From Ramazzottius varieornatus (Eukaryota; Animalia; Tardigrada), in NCBI GenBank assembly GCA_001949185.1, contig BDGG01000001.1, forward strand, positions 8,750,721-8,814,720: a DNA stretch of 64,000 nt, given 5' to 3'. Both the position numbers and the translations under genes were made by a program. Below, in pieces: positions 48,401 through 63,749 of the stretch (position 1 is its first letter; every line of letters begins with the position of its first letter). The notes beneath the pieces are model-generated. The model was not told the DNA's origin. It made no database searches and saw nothing but the letters and a program-made list of their open reading frames with translations.

Positions 48401-51400
48401 TTTTTAATATAGCCGAAACATTGACGCATTGAAATGTCATTGATGATCAGAGTCATTTGAGGTTTCTGGAAGGGGGTTCGTAGTGTTGAAGGCCAATCTT
48501 TAAGCGCTCTCCAAATGACATTGCCCGCAGTGGATAGCTTTCATATCACAGCCATATTCAGCCATGAGCAACCAAGGAACTCTGGATCCGAACGGGAGCT
48601 CTGCAAAGAACCTGGACGAGGCTGCTTTTCCAAGTGGCGCAAGTCGGTAGTGTAATTGGCGTACAGCGTGCGCCACTTGGGAAAGCAACCTTGTCTCCAA
48701 ACCTTGTTTTCCGAAGTGGCGCACGTCCTCACTGTCATCAACTGTAAGCGTGCGTCACTCGAAACAAGGACTTAGTCGGGTTTATTCGATGAGCTGTCGA
48801 AAGATGTGACAGCTTCGGTTTTAAAGATTGCTTCATCAGTTACATCCAAGAGGATTTTGATGAACAGAAGAAAGAGAAAGAGGAGGCTTTACTCCAACGT
48901 GATCCCTTTCAACGCATGACGGAAGTATTTTGACAAGCTGTGAGAAATGGCATTGTGTAAGCTCCAAAGGGATATTCATCATCAGAAAAAGGGACGTGCA
49001 TCACTTGACAATCGAGTAGAACGCGGAATCTCGACTCGTTTATTAGGGAAATCTAAGAGAGATAGTAAGGCGATCTGATGAGGAGGTGGCCATGAAAGCA
49101 AATGACACTAAGGCTGGATCATTCGTTACTTATCAATTCCCTTCAGGGACTCTTCCCATCTATTTCTTCCCCATAATGAAATTATCCCTTGTCTTGACTG
49201 ATCATTCATTCATTCTTTCCTTTGCAGACATCTAAGAGCCAACCAAATCGAAACTCTACCGCGAGACATCTTTGGCCATTTGGCGCTGCTGGAACTGTAA
49301 GCTCTTGACTTTGGGGAGGGCATCGACAGAGGTCGCGACCTCTTTCAGCCGGCGACTTCCGCCCATAGTTGTCCCCATCCAGACTTTAATGAAGGCAGGT
49401 GACGAACGTTCTTTGCTCTGTTGCAGAATCGTGCCGGAAAACCCCTTGGCCTGTTTGTGTCCCAATAAATGGCTGCAGACGCTCATTAACCAGTCTAGTC
49501 CTCTTCTGGCTAATACGGCCAGAAACCTGCAGTGTCTTGTCGACAGAGAAACGCAGGAAACAACTTCTTTAGCCGATGCTGATATACCTAACTGCGGTAA
49601 TAAGACGGGAAACTCGACAAGATAGTTTTCCTGAAAGGCGCACGCTCCCATGCAGTAGAATCGAATACGTGCGCTACTTGGGGAAATCACCTGCTGCAGT
49701 TTTCTTGAGTCGCGCATATCTTCGGTATCTTCGGTGGAAAGAGTGCGCCACTTGCAAAACAGATTTTGTTGAATTTTCATATTACGCATGAAGATCAAAA
49801 ACAGACCAAGAAGTAAACTTTACGGTTTCCATTGAGTAGATATTCCACTCATCACTGTAACTCCTCGGCTCATCAGGGTGAACGAAAGTAGTAACGTCAG
49901 CGTGTCCTGCTCGGCTTCTGGTAATCCCACTCCCAAGGTTTACTGGAAAACCGAGGAAATCTTTGCCAACATTAGCATCAGCGCGACGCCCACGGGCAGA
50001 CACGTGTTGCGTTTGTTCGAGGTTAGCGCCAGAGACAACAGATGGATCACGTGTGTGGCGGAAAACATGGCCGGCAGGTCGGAGATGCGCGCTCGCCTGA
50101 TAGTCGAAGGTATCGAAGCTCATTCGCAGACCTGGGCAGAATATTCCCGCCAGCCACAAATCACGTTGTTATGCGCTGTACGTAGGTCCGCCGCGAATTT
50201 GGATGGGACAAGCCACAAGGAGGTTTCATACTACGGTGGAATATAACGTTACCGGCCAACCATTACCAGGTAGTGCTTTTGAGAATTAGACAAAACCTTG
50301 TCCTACTTTTCATCCGTTGAGCCACGGGTCTTCATCGCATTTTGCGCCACACTAAGAAACCAGAAACTTTTGGCTTGTGAAAAAGGTCATTCCTGAGAGT
50401 CTCTCGAAGAAAAAACAGGGCCATCTTGACAGACACAGTCAAGTGTCAAAAGCCTGCGAGAGGCAGTAACGCCATGAGAACTGTCCATGGCCACAAAATT
50501 ATTCGACTTTCCTGCTGGAGACTACGGATTTTGATGTGATATCCATGTGCACATTTATTTCTGTTGACATCTCCCCCTGGCCAGCAGAAATATTTCCAAC
50601 TAGATTGCTGCTACTCTGTTTGATAACAGAATGGCAAATAGGCAAACGAACTCGACCAGCTTGTTTCATTAGGTGGCGCGCGTTGTCCATGCTTTGGAAT
50701 GAAAGCGTGCGCCACCGGCCAAGAACGACCTGGCCGAGATTGCAATTAAGCCCAGAAGCCTGTGGCTCGCCATCCAGTCAACATTACTCTTCAAAATTGA
50801 AACCTTTAAAAACGCCCTTGTAGCCTTTGTTCATTGATGACAGTATGTTAAACTTTGCCTTTTTCGTGTAGAAATGAAGTGGTACCGCAACGGCGTCGAG
50901 CTGGTGCTGAGTTCGACGGTGAAAGTGCAAACGGCAATTACGCACGAATTAGCCACCGTCAGTGGGCAACTATCGCTGGATGGGGCACTGCTGCCCTCCT
51001 TGTCGGGAACTTACACGCTCGTCGCTGAGAACGCTTATGGAAGTGCCAACTCCAGCTGCGTCATAAGTGAGTTTTTCAATACCTGTCGCGCCAGCTGTCA
51101 TAATTCACTCGTCGACAGGCCCTAATGCCCCCGATAATGCTGTGCAACATAATTACTTTCTCGCCTCAGACTTACCCATATTCACTTCCGGTGCGGCAAA
51201 GTGTTTACTGACACATTCCAAATGCGAACAATGGCAATTGCGATAGGAATCAACCATCTGATTGCATTTATTTAAAGTCAAAAATAAATTACCTATAAAA
51301 ATATTCTTGACAGATTATAAAGCACCAGGACCGCATATTCTGAAAGCAGGCAGCCGCGTTCTCCTGTCCGACTCGCATCCAGCCTTTTTCCCATCACGTC

Positions 51401-53311
51401 TATTGGCGACCACGCCCTCTTCCGTCGACAGCGACCTTGCGCCATCTCATGTGGGTGCCATTGTGGGTGCGGCCATCGTTGTGCTCCTCCTCAGCGCCGC
51501 ACTGCTCTTTCTCTTCGTCAAACGATACCGTCACAAACAACAATTGAACCGAAGTCCCCATTCTATGGAGTTTAGCAAAATGATGCGCCAGACCGAACGG
51601 GAATCCGCCAACAGCAATCAACCTCTACTCGGTACCGCCACTGCATCGGGTGCAGCAAGTCTTCGCAGCATGATTGAAAATCCGGCCTATTTTGTCCGAA
51701 CATCGACGGGCAGTTCCAACGGCCAGATCAGGCATATTCCGCGGCATTTGTTGGTCTTTCAAAGGGAGTTGGGAGAAGGAGCTTTCGGACGAATTTACCT
51801 GGCAAAATATTTCGATTCTCAAGTAAGCTTTATCAATGACAAAAAAAGAACGTACCTGAGCCAATGAGCTCGACAAGATTGCTTTCCAAGAGGCGCACCC
51901 TCCCAGCCAGTAACACTGGGAACGCGCGCCACTTGCGAAAGCTTTCTTAGTCCAGCATAAATACAACTCTTTTTCATACACAGGAAATATGAGACGAACT
52001 TTTTTTTTATTTCTTGATTATGGAATCATTGTTACTTTTTGACGTTGTTTCTCTCAGGAGACGTCAAGGATGGTGGCGATCAAGACACTGAAAGAGCGGG
52101 TAAAGCAAGATACAGTTGTGGATTTCGAAAGGGAAGCGGAAATTTTGGCCAGTTTTCAGCACGAGAATATCGTCGAGTTTTACGGAGTATGCCTGGACGG
52201 CGACAAAGAGCGGATGATGGTGCTGGAGTACATGGAAGAGGGCGACCTCAACAACTACCTGCGAGCTCACGGGCCGGACGCCTCCATCCTTCTCCCCCGA
52301 GACAGCGTCGTCGCCAACTACCTCTCACTCAACGATCTCTTCCACATTGCCGTTCAAGTGGCCAACGGCATGCAGTATCTGGCCTCGCAACATTTCGTCC
52401 ATCGGGACATTGCGGCCAGGAACTGTCTGGTGGGCGATAATCTGACAGTCAAGATCGGCGACTTCGGCATGTCGCGCGATGTCTACAGTACCGACTATTA
52501 TCAAATCGGCGAGCAGGCTCTCCTCCCCGTCCGATGGTACGTACGCCCAGTTGCTGAACTTTGCGTTTCGTTTCAGCGATTAACAAGCAAGTTTGGACAG
52601 ATTGTTTCTAAATTGGCGCACGCTTCTAACCAACAACAATGAAAGAGCGTGCCACATGGAAAGACAATCTGTTCGCTTCGTTTCTTCAAGTGGCGCACGC
52701 CCTCGGTGTTTTTCACCGCTGTAGTGCGCCACTTGAGGAAAGATCTTGTCAAGTTTATATGCCATAGTCCCAGATAGGGCCCAAGATCATTTTTTCAGGA
52801 TGCCTCCGGAGAGTGTTGTGTACAGAAGGTTTACTGTGGAAAGTGATATCTGGTCTTTCGGCGTGCTCTTATGGGAGATCTTTACTTACGGCAAGCAACC
52901 GTGGTACGCTTTGACCAATCACGAGGTAAGACAAATTGAATACCCCTGAACGACCGTAGAGCAAACTCACTTGTGACAATAACTATGTACCATGTCTCAT
53001 CGTTTGGGACGTTTGAGATTAACGCTGGGGATGACGGTCACCGCTTACACAGATGGGAATTTACAAGGGGATAGTCTGGTTTTTCATAGGTGATAACTCA
53101 AGTGAAGGAAGCGCGGTTGCTGGAGCGTCCTCCGGTTTGTCCGCTGACCATCTACAAAACGGTCATGTTGGCCTGCTGGAAGCGGAATCCTCAAGATCGC
53201 ATACCCATGAAAGCCAGCCACCAAATTCTTTCGCACTACCTCAACCAGCTCAAAAACGGCACTGTTGTCGAAGATGATCTTTCCTACATTAAAGTTACAC
53301 AAGCCGAATGA
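45486..53311 (+). CDS. Trk: Trk neurotrophin receptor tyrosine kinase
   Basis: Signal peptide, Cys cluster (FCDSYCFC...SC), three short LRR exons (45790, ~47203, ~49228), NPLACLC cluster, two Ig domains, [10 protein letters not shown]. Kinase motifs [34 protein letters not shown]|MPPES. Stop 53309-53311; exact start ATG uncertain. Confidence 0.92.
47075..47183. repeat. Family A palindromic module, 1 unit
   Basis: 25-nt spacer with both caps; Trk intron. Confidence 0.9.
47962..48056. repeat. Family A palindromic module, 1 unit
   Basis: TTTCCCAAGTGGCGCAC...GTGCGCCACTTGGAAA; Trk intron. Confidence 0.92.
48597..48794. repeat. Family A palindromic module, 2 units
   Basis: Two arm pairs; Trk intron. 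Confidence 0.9.
49605..49775. repeat. Family A palindromic module, 2 units
   Basis: AAACTCGACAAGA cap and two arm pairs; Trk intron. Confidence 0.85.
50641..50740. repeat. Family A palindromic module, 1 unit
   Basis: GGCAAACGAACTCGAC cap and arm pair; Trk intron. Confidence 0.8.
51866..51952. repeat. Family A palindromic module, 1 unit
   Basis: 25-nt spacer CCTCCCAGCCAGTAACACTGGGAAC; Trk intron. Confidence 0.88.
52585..52760. repeat. Family A palindromic module, 2 units
   Basis: Two arm pairs; Trk kinase-domain intron. Confidence 0.88.
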
Positions 53312-53664
53312 ATAATTCTTTTTGTGACAGAATGTAGTGTAGTGTATTTCCATTGTGTCAAAAGTATGACAGTATTATGCGAGTAAAGTGAAGAACGACG
53401 ACAATGCACGGCTAAAAGCGGAACTTGAACAGATCGAACCGAATAATAGACCAAAGTATATTCACACGGAAGAAGAGATAGATTAAAGAAACGAGATGCT
53501 AAAACAAAAGGATCAACCTAAAGGCAGAGAGAGACTAAACCATCGGGATGAGGGGGAAAAGTCAACCGGTTGAAACAAAATACAATCGGATAAAACGCAG
53601 TCACACAGGGAGAAATCATGGAGAAGAAATCAGCAGACAAAGTAAAAGACACAACAGATCTATT

Positions 53665-55891
<2,227 letters not shown>

Positions 55892-56886
55892 CTCCCTCCT
55901 TGTTCCTTGTTCCCTGATCGGAATGACTTCAGCTCAAAACCTGCGCCCCACAGAGAATACGTTTCAGGGACGTGGAAATCAAAAAAATACTCCCATCCGA
56001 GAGTATTAGTCGATCCAAAAGTAGATCAGACTTGCCATGGCAAAAACGGGTAGAGTAAACGTGCTCTTTCCACGAAAAAGATGTCAGTGCGGAAAGGGTA
56101 AACAATTCCATAAGCCACAAAGGTCCTACGCTGTGTGTCAGGCCTACTGGGTTGGGTGCAGCTGGTTGCGCCGCGTAGGCCTTTCTCCCACAATCGTCAA
56201 TGCGTCGCGCATGCAGCACGAGCTGGGTGGATGGTGGGTGGTGGATGGCTAATTTTAACATTAATTTCTTAGTATGCTTTCCGCTTCCCAGCAGAGTGAT
56301 GAGCATGTGGACGTGAGGAACTCACTCGCGATCCCCGACGTCTTTGCTAGTTCCTGGAGAACTCGAATCTGTTTGTGAGAATCTTATTCAAATCAACAGA
56401 TACTCAACGTTTTTGTGCTGGGTATCAGATGCGAGATAGACATACGAAGGATTTATATTCGGAGTTTAAGTACATGATAAAAAAAGGTAAAACATGGAAA
56501 AGGAACAAAAACATCGGTTACAGACAAAACCCATATTCGGAGGAAATAAAAGCACAGACGAAGTACAACGCCAAAAACGCTGATCGATAACCGTGGCAAA
56601 ATGAACTGGTGAAATGAACGGACGACTTCCGGGCAGGCGTGTAAACCAGTTACACCGATAACGACAAACCGCAGATACTTTCACTAAAACTAATGATAGC
56701 GCCACCATATATCTACTTGGAAAATAAAAGCAGTGAAACACGACTGTTGAATGACGGAAGATATGGAGAAATCTGGAGTTTGGAGTAGTGCGCGTTGCAG
56801 GCGCATTCGTTTGAGAGATCAGTGTTCTGCAGAGAAGAAATGAATCAGCAAGAAGAAAAGAGAAGAATAGTCCAAGGTTGTGTTTC

Positions 56887-59800
56887 TTACCAGTCTTGAC
56901 GATTGCCTTCTTCTTCCTGTTGGTCCTTAATGCCTTCACTGGACAGTGGCGACTCGGAGAAGCCCATGTCGATTGCGGGCGACGCGGCCGAGGGGAAGTC
57001 GCTGGCAGCAGCGGACATGATGGCGGGTCGGTGAGTAAAGTCGACGGCCAGGCATCCTTCCGCCTCCTCCTCCATCATCTCGGCGTCCTCCTCACCACTG
57101 TCGGACCGCCTAACGTCCTTTTCGCCCATGGGCTCAGCGCCAAAGTGCGGCATGTCGCTCATGGTTGGCAGGGATCCGGTAGGCGAGGAGGCGGCGGGCA
57201 GTGAAGGGTCGACGATTCCATGAGCATTTCGTTGGTGGATACGCAGAAAGTACTTTGAGCAAAGGTTCTTCTTGCAAATGTCACATTGCACTCCATTGGA
57301 ACGCTTCTTAGATGACCGATTAGAGGTCACAAACTGTGTGACGTTTTCTTGGTGTGTCTGCAAAAAACATCCCCACTCAAGGTCAATCTCACCACTACAA
57401 TCTAAAACCTTTTTTCTTTAAATTGTTTCACTATCAGATAATTATTTCAAAAAATTCCTTGTGTGGATTTTGCTGTTTTAGGAGATAGTACCTTTATCAT
57501 GTGGGTCTTGAAGAAATACTTGTTGCAAAATTCCTTCTTGCAATAGCGGCACCAGTTGCTTCTGCTGGGCGACTCTCCTTCCTCGTTGATGGCCCTGGCT
57601 TTATACTGCTGGTACAGTTCGGGATGCGTGGTGGCAACTTCGTTCAAGTACTCTGCGGTGGACATGCCATGAGACTTTTTCAAATGAGTGCGCAGAAAAT
57701 ACTTGCTGCAGTAGACGCGGTTGCACTTGACACAAAACTCGTCGAGGTTGCCTTCGGAGGATGTGGCGGGCAGACCCATGGAGGCTTCTTCATCGGTAGG
57801 GAAGGTGAAGGGTGCGTGACTGTTGTGGGGTGCTTCGCGCTTGGGCTTACGGCAAGATGGTGTAGTGTCGTCGTGATGACGATGGCGAGATTTCGGTGTG
57901 GACAGATCAAGGACTGAAGACTCGGCAGGAGGAGGAACTGGCTTGGAGTGCTCGTTGCGCAAGTGCTGCTCCAAAAAGACAGCGGCGGCAAACTCCTTGC
58001 AACATTCTCCACAACGGAAAACTTCGCGTGGAATCTGCAAACAATATCCAAGTCAGCTCGCATTATAACAAGACAAGTCTTGAAACCCGAGCTCAGCAAA
58101 CAAGTGACCAAGAACGTTTTTCCAAGTGGCGCATTTTGTCAACCGAAAACAGTGAAACTAGGCACCACTTTGAGGAAAAAATCAAACTGGACAAGAATAT
58201 TTTTCCAAGTGGCGCACGCTGGCAGCCCCTGATACGAGAAAAGTGCGCCACTTGCAATTGAATCTTGCCGAACTCTCACTGGATACAAAATATCGCGATG
58301 GGAAAAAGTTGCACTATCAAAGGTTTGGTTACGCTGCATAGCCGATAATAATGGGGCAGGGAATATGCAAGAGACATGATTGACTGGCGAACATACAGTC
58401 CTGGTACAGGTATCGTCAGAATTTTACAAGAGGTTTCCGTGGTCGAAATGCACTGTTTGCAATGCGTTTGTGATAAGAAGAATATGACCCGCGGTCAGAT
58501 GCGGCAGTCGAATTTCGACATGTTGCAGCGGACCATATTCCGCGTGGTGGAGGAACCATCATATCTGGTTGCTTTTTTTGTTTGCGATGGTGACGATGGA
58601 CTTTGGTGATTAACAAGGCAAGGCGATGGTACTCTGCCTTGCATTATTTGTGTACAAGACCATCTTGCTCTGACACTTCCGGATGTTCCGTCGTCGCAAA
58701 GACCTTCCAACTGCGAAAATGCCGGCCAGTTCGCTCGATGGCTCTAAACTACGGCACTTCCTGCATGACTAGCGGCAAATTACAGCAGCGTACGTTTTCA
58801 ATGAAGAAAAGTTATTGACGAGCTGTCGCTCAACGTAGTGTAGCCACAGTCGTTTAAGAACATGTGAAAAAGGGTGTCAGTATTTGTCAGTGCTTTAGAC
58901 GTGTCGCGCCTTTCGTCAAGGACGCTTGCTCGTTGCAGTATTCGACCCATAATCAACCAACGGTAGATTGTAGAGCCCCCAGTCAAAATTGCTGGTTATC
59001 ATGATGGACGGTGAAATTATTCTTCCGCCTTGTCGATTGCAAATAACAACAAGGTCGCCCAAGTGAAATCTCGCTGGGGAATCGAGAGCAGCAATAAAAC
59101 TGCCATCTATCGCCTTTTCCGATCAACGCTTGTCATCCGACTTGGCCAAGTGAGCTGTGCGTTCGACCTCGAAAATATATATCGGCCTACAATGAAGTTT
59201 GATATTACGGCGATGTACTGTGCCGTTAACAGCCAGAGGACAGTCAACAAGTCAACTTTTTGTTGACACTTTGACCTACCACCGCTTTTTCGTCGCCTGC
59301 TCGCTTCGCAATAAACTTTCCAGTCACGACCGGCAAAAATTATTAAACACTTTAAAGCTTCTGTCAGTCACCAACGCCGCCACCTAAACCCTTCTATCAG
59401 CAAGCTTCGCTATCGGGAAAAAATCAACAGAGACTCAAATATTCTATTTAGAGCAGAATTGTGCTTACAAAATTTTCCCCTCAGGATTTTTTGAATTGGG
59501 ACCAAATGTTCTAAATTCGCAATAAATATTTAGATAATCTTGACTCATGTTTTTTTCATACCTGTAAAAGACGTTGTAGGTTGGAGAAATGCGGTTTTGG
59601 ATGTGGGCCGTTGGCAAAGGGGAAGGGCATGGGTATGGTACCCATCATCCGTGGATCGACCCTAGCTTGGCCCATTGTGGCCAAGGTCGGCATGGGCGAA
59701 GTATGGCGCTGCTCCTCTTTGGTCACTTGGGCCTGCCGCCATCTCCTTTCATTCTCCTTCCTTTCCTGTCTTCGCCTCTCTCGCTTCTCCTTCTTCCTTC

Positions 59801-61857
59801 TTTTCATCTCCTCCATCGTCAGCATGTCCGTTGGCAGCGGCATCGGACTGGGACTTGGTGCTTTGGCCGCCTTGTTCTGGCTGACAGCATGCTTCTTCCT
59901 CAAGTGGTTCCGCAGAAAGTTCAGACTGGACAGCTTCTTGTGACAGATGTCGCACTGCAAGGCCGCTTCTTGATTGTCGACCTCTTCATGCTGGGCCTCA
60001 CTTGGCGTCTGGCTTTCTGGCAGCCAGGGTTTCGTCATCTGTTCGCTAAGGGCTTGAGGAGGGAAGAAGCCGGCCATGCCGGGAATAAGGCCCGCCATCA
60101 TCCCCGGAAAGAAGGGCGCCATCGGCATGGTCATGCCCGAGGTGAACATTTGCTGCAGAGCCATGTTCTGCGCGCACATTTGCATCAGCTGCTGGCGCAG
60201 GATCTGCTCATTCAGCGCTTCGTTCTCTTCGGCAAAGCTGGATGATCGGTGGGTGGGTGAAGATTCCCCTCGCTCTTTCCTTCCTCTTCCCGTCCCTAAA
60301 ACCAAAGATTCACTGTCAAACCACCAAACCCCACTACACTTGCGCACTTCAACCGACGTTTCCAACGATATTTTGCGCCACATTCAAAAGACTGTCTTCC
60401 CTCGCGCACATTAACTGCAATTTCAAACTGTGATTGCGCGACTTCATCCGAGTAGCAGATACAGTAGCCGTACCTGTTGAGGAAGAGGTGGGCTCGAGGT
60501 GCATTGTTGAACTGAAGATGGCTTCCAGCTGCGAACCAGCATCGGCAATATGAATGGAGGGGGCGCTGAAGCTCTCTGGAGAATCACTTCGACGATGTCT
60601 ACCGTTGATGGATTCTGAGGTGGGTGGCAGCTCCGGCGGGCTATTCGGATCGAAGACCGCGTGCTTGTTAGCCATGTGGGTTTTCAAAAAGTACTTGTTG
60701 CAAAACTCTCGATCGCACAGTTGGCAATAGGCATCTGGATTAAAAATCCTCACACCTGCAATATCACAAAGTAAGGCATGACTGACCTTAAATCCAAGCT
60801 TTTTATGAAAGTTGACTAATTTTGTGAACTGGGAGCTGGCCAAACAGGCTCGACTAGATTGATTTTCCCAAGTGACGTACGCTCTTATTGTTCCTAAATG
60901 GAAGCGTGCGCCACTTGGAACAAACTATCCAGGTGCCAAATAATTGTGTTACCTGATGGGCCGACTGGGAAGAATCGGGCGGCTGGACCTTCAACCAGCT
61001 GTGACGGAGTAGGAGAATTCCTGTCTATTTCCCCTTGCTCCCCGCCATGTTCTTTGCTTTGTGGATTGTCTCGAGGTTGACTGTCCTCGATGTCAGTTGA
61101 ATCTGGTGGTAGCCTGTCGGCGGAAGTGACTTCGGGGCAGATCTGTTCGGCCACCATGTCGCGGTCGGTTTTGCAGCGAAGTGGCTTGAACTGCTTCCTT
61201 CCCTTCCTTCGCGACTGGCTACTCTCGTCGGGCTGTGCGTCTTCTGTATCGGAACGAAGGGACGATACCGGCGACTGGGCGGTGGAGGAGGCTGAAGTGG
61301 ATGTGTAGAGAAGCGAGCCGGGAATGGCGATGGTCGACGGCGCCGACTCCATCGGCCATTTTGAACTATGAATCAAACACAAACTGCGTTCAAAGTCAGA
61401 TTCCCATTTTTTCATTTTATTTTGTGAGACTTAGTCTAAAATTTGTGTTTTGAAAACGATATTCCATTTCTGATTTTATTTTCGACATCGTACAGAAGTT
61501 GAGACCTCTGCAAAGAAACTGGACAAGAACGTTTTGCCAAGCGGCGCACGCGTTCAGCCACCACCACTGGAAGCGTGCGCCACTCGGAAGAATGATTCTG
61601 TCGAGTATGTTTTCACGAGTTCCCAGTCGCAGGTTCTTTACGTACTCGGTTGTGATGTTGGAAGAGGACGGTTCATCGCCTTCAGGCGAGTCGTGCCGAG
61701 AAGAAGAGGAGGAGAAGGAGACGGTGGTGTGAGGGGAGGCATCGGGGAATTTGCTGCGAATGTCCAGTGGTGAGTAGCACTCGTCCAGCTTGTAGTAGGC
61801 GGCTTGCGAAGTCAGATGGGATAAGTGCGCGTACGCCATGGCTTCTCGGCCATCCAT
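56887..61857 (-). CDS. Multi-C2H2 zinc-finger protein with dispersed CxxC-x3-(F/Y/L)C(N/S)KYF fingers
   Basis: Six exons spliced in frame. Fingers include YCQLCDREFCNKYFLKTHMANKH, CDICHKKLSSLNFLRNHLRKKH, CVKCNRVYCSKYFLRTHLKKSH, CRYCKKEFCNKYFFKTHMIK|TH and CDICKKNLCSKYFLRIHQRNAH. Confidence 0.88.
58091..58275. repeat. Family A palindromic module, 2 units
   Basis: AGCTCAGCAAACAA cap; zinc-finger gene intron. Confidence 0.9.
60300..60412. repeat. Family A palindromic module, degenerate
   Basis: TTGCGCAC...TTGCGCCACA; zinc-finger gene intron. Confidence 0.55.
60834..60935. repeat. Family A palindromic module, 1 unit
   Basis: Cap plus TTTTCCCAAGTGACG...GTGCGCCACTTGG; zinc-finger gene intron. 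Confidence 0.88.
61505..61610. repeat. Family A palindromic module, 1 unit
   Basis: CAAGCGGCGCAC...GTGCGCCACT; zinc-finger gene intron 1. Confidence 0.88.
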
Positions 61858-61952
61858 GGTGGCGGAAGTCTTTGCTTCTGCACTCCCAAAGTCTCAGTCA
61901 AACCTGACAATAAAGATGATTTCAATAAAATCGGAAAAACTTCAGAATGGTA

Positions 61953-62058
61953 GCTCGGCAAACAAGCTGGACAAGGCGATTTCCTCAACTGGCGCACATT
62001 GTCCGTGATGAAGACTGAAAGCGTGCGTCACTTGGGAGAGCGATCTTGCCGACCTAGC
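61953..62058. repeat. Family A palindromic module, 1 unit
   Basis: AGCTCGGCAAACAA cap; probably a 5'UTR intron of the zinc-finger gene. Confidence 0.88.
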
Positions 62059-63154
62059 TTCCCTACGTTCTAAACGTTAGAATATTCCAACATTAGGGGA
62101 TTAAAAGATTCCCGTCGACAATCAGCGCAGAAATATTAGGAAGATAAGGGGACCGAAATTGGATATTGTTGGTTGATCGAAAGATGTGGCGAACTCGAAG
62201 GAAGTGAATGAGAAAGAGTGGCTCGTAGGCGTGAATGTAAAATGGCTGTTTGTGAGTTGGCCGTTGGACAGCAGAAGAGTGATTGGAAAATAAACAACGG
62301 TGTCATCTTCTTCGATTCGCTCAAAGTTGGGCAGCACAAACAGCGGAGATTTGAAGATGCGGCGCGGCCATGATAGGTATGACCGGGTTTCGTGCTTGAT
62401 AAAAAATGTACGGATGCGCTTACTTTTGATTAAGCACCGGCATATCTTCAACTATATACGGAAGACGATGATGTCTAACCTACATAAGGCCAATCAACAG
62501 CGACATCCTTTCTCGACAAAAGCGCCATTTAAAGTAAGTCAGCAAAAATCACCACTGACATAGAAAACATCACACTCGAAACGAAGCGAGAGTCAAGTTT
62601 TGTAGGCCGACAAAAACTGGGCGAAGTGCGGAAAAGACCGTCATGACAATTTAAAAACAAAAGCCAGTCATACTTCTGATGCCATCTTCGCGCTAAGAAA
62701 TCAATATGTCTCGCCGCCAGCCACAAAACTGAAAGTTTATACTAACTTAGTACTGAGTCGCTCTTGAAGTTAACACTTGGCCAAGTTACTGTTTTACGGC
62801 CTTCGGAAGTTTTGCGCGTTTTTTGTTACAGGTGATCTACCTTGTTCCGCTTCTTGCGAAGACCTGCCCTGCTTACCATCGGTCTCCGCAGTGATTTTCA
62901 TATCTGTTTATCACCGTCACTTTTGTGTACGAGAACCGCAAAGAACCGACAGCGTGACAACTCAAGTTCACAATCATCGAAGATGCAGTTCTTCAAGCGA
63001 CAATAAACCGGGTTCTACAGTATTCGGTGCATCTCATACCATATGAAATTGGTTGCCGTGTTCAGACTGTGCGATTTTTACTAACCCACAGTAGTATCTC
63101 ATAGTGAAGAAATATGGTATTTTACTGTCAAAGAACCCGGCAGTTCCTCGCAAT

Positions 63155-63337
63155 ACAGACTCAACCTGATTGTTTTCCCAAGTGACGCACTTTATCGGTA
63201 TTGTTAACTGGAAGCGTGCGCTACCTGGAAAACGGTCTTGACGAGTTTTCTGCCCAGGTGACGCACATTTTGCGCGCTATCGACAGGAAGCGTGCGCCAC
63301 TTGGTAAAGCGACTGTATTCAGCTTGTTTGCCGAGGC
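63155..63337. repeat. Family A palindromic module, 2 units
   Basis: Two arm pairs and TTGTTTGCCGAG end. Confidence 0.9.
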
Positions 63338-63749
63338 CAGTTCACAGTTTTGAAAACAGAGTGGGACGGAAACCATCTGGAACTGTTGAAATGGCGAACC
63401 TTCACCATCGAAACCGAAAAAGCCTGCTCGTTTAAGCCTCGTTAAACTTGAACATTAAAAACTGGTTCACATCATCCGCACAGTCTGACGACGGAAAAGT
63501 GATTACATAACATGACTTTACAACTCGCCTTCACTTAAAAAAACCCAATGGAAGTCATTTTTCAATGGATCTTGCTTGGCCAGTTTTTGAAGATGCTGCT
63601 TCACCTCGATCGCTATGCATTCAAGTTCTGTTTATTGTTTTGAAACTTACGCTGCAAGATTGATATCTACCTAGCAGTTCGTCTCGCTTCAGTAGAAACA
63701 GGAAGTTCTTCGCGAAGAACCAAGTCTGCTACTGTACGCAATATATAAG

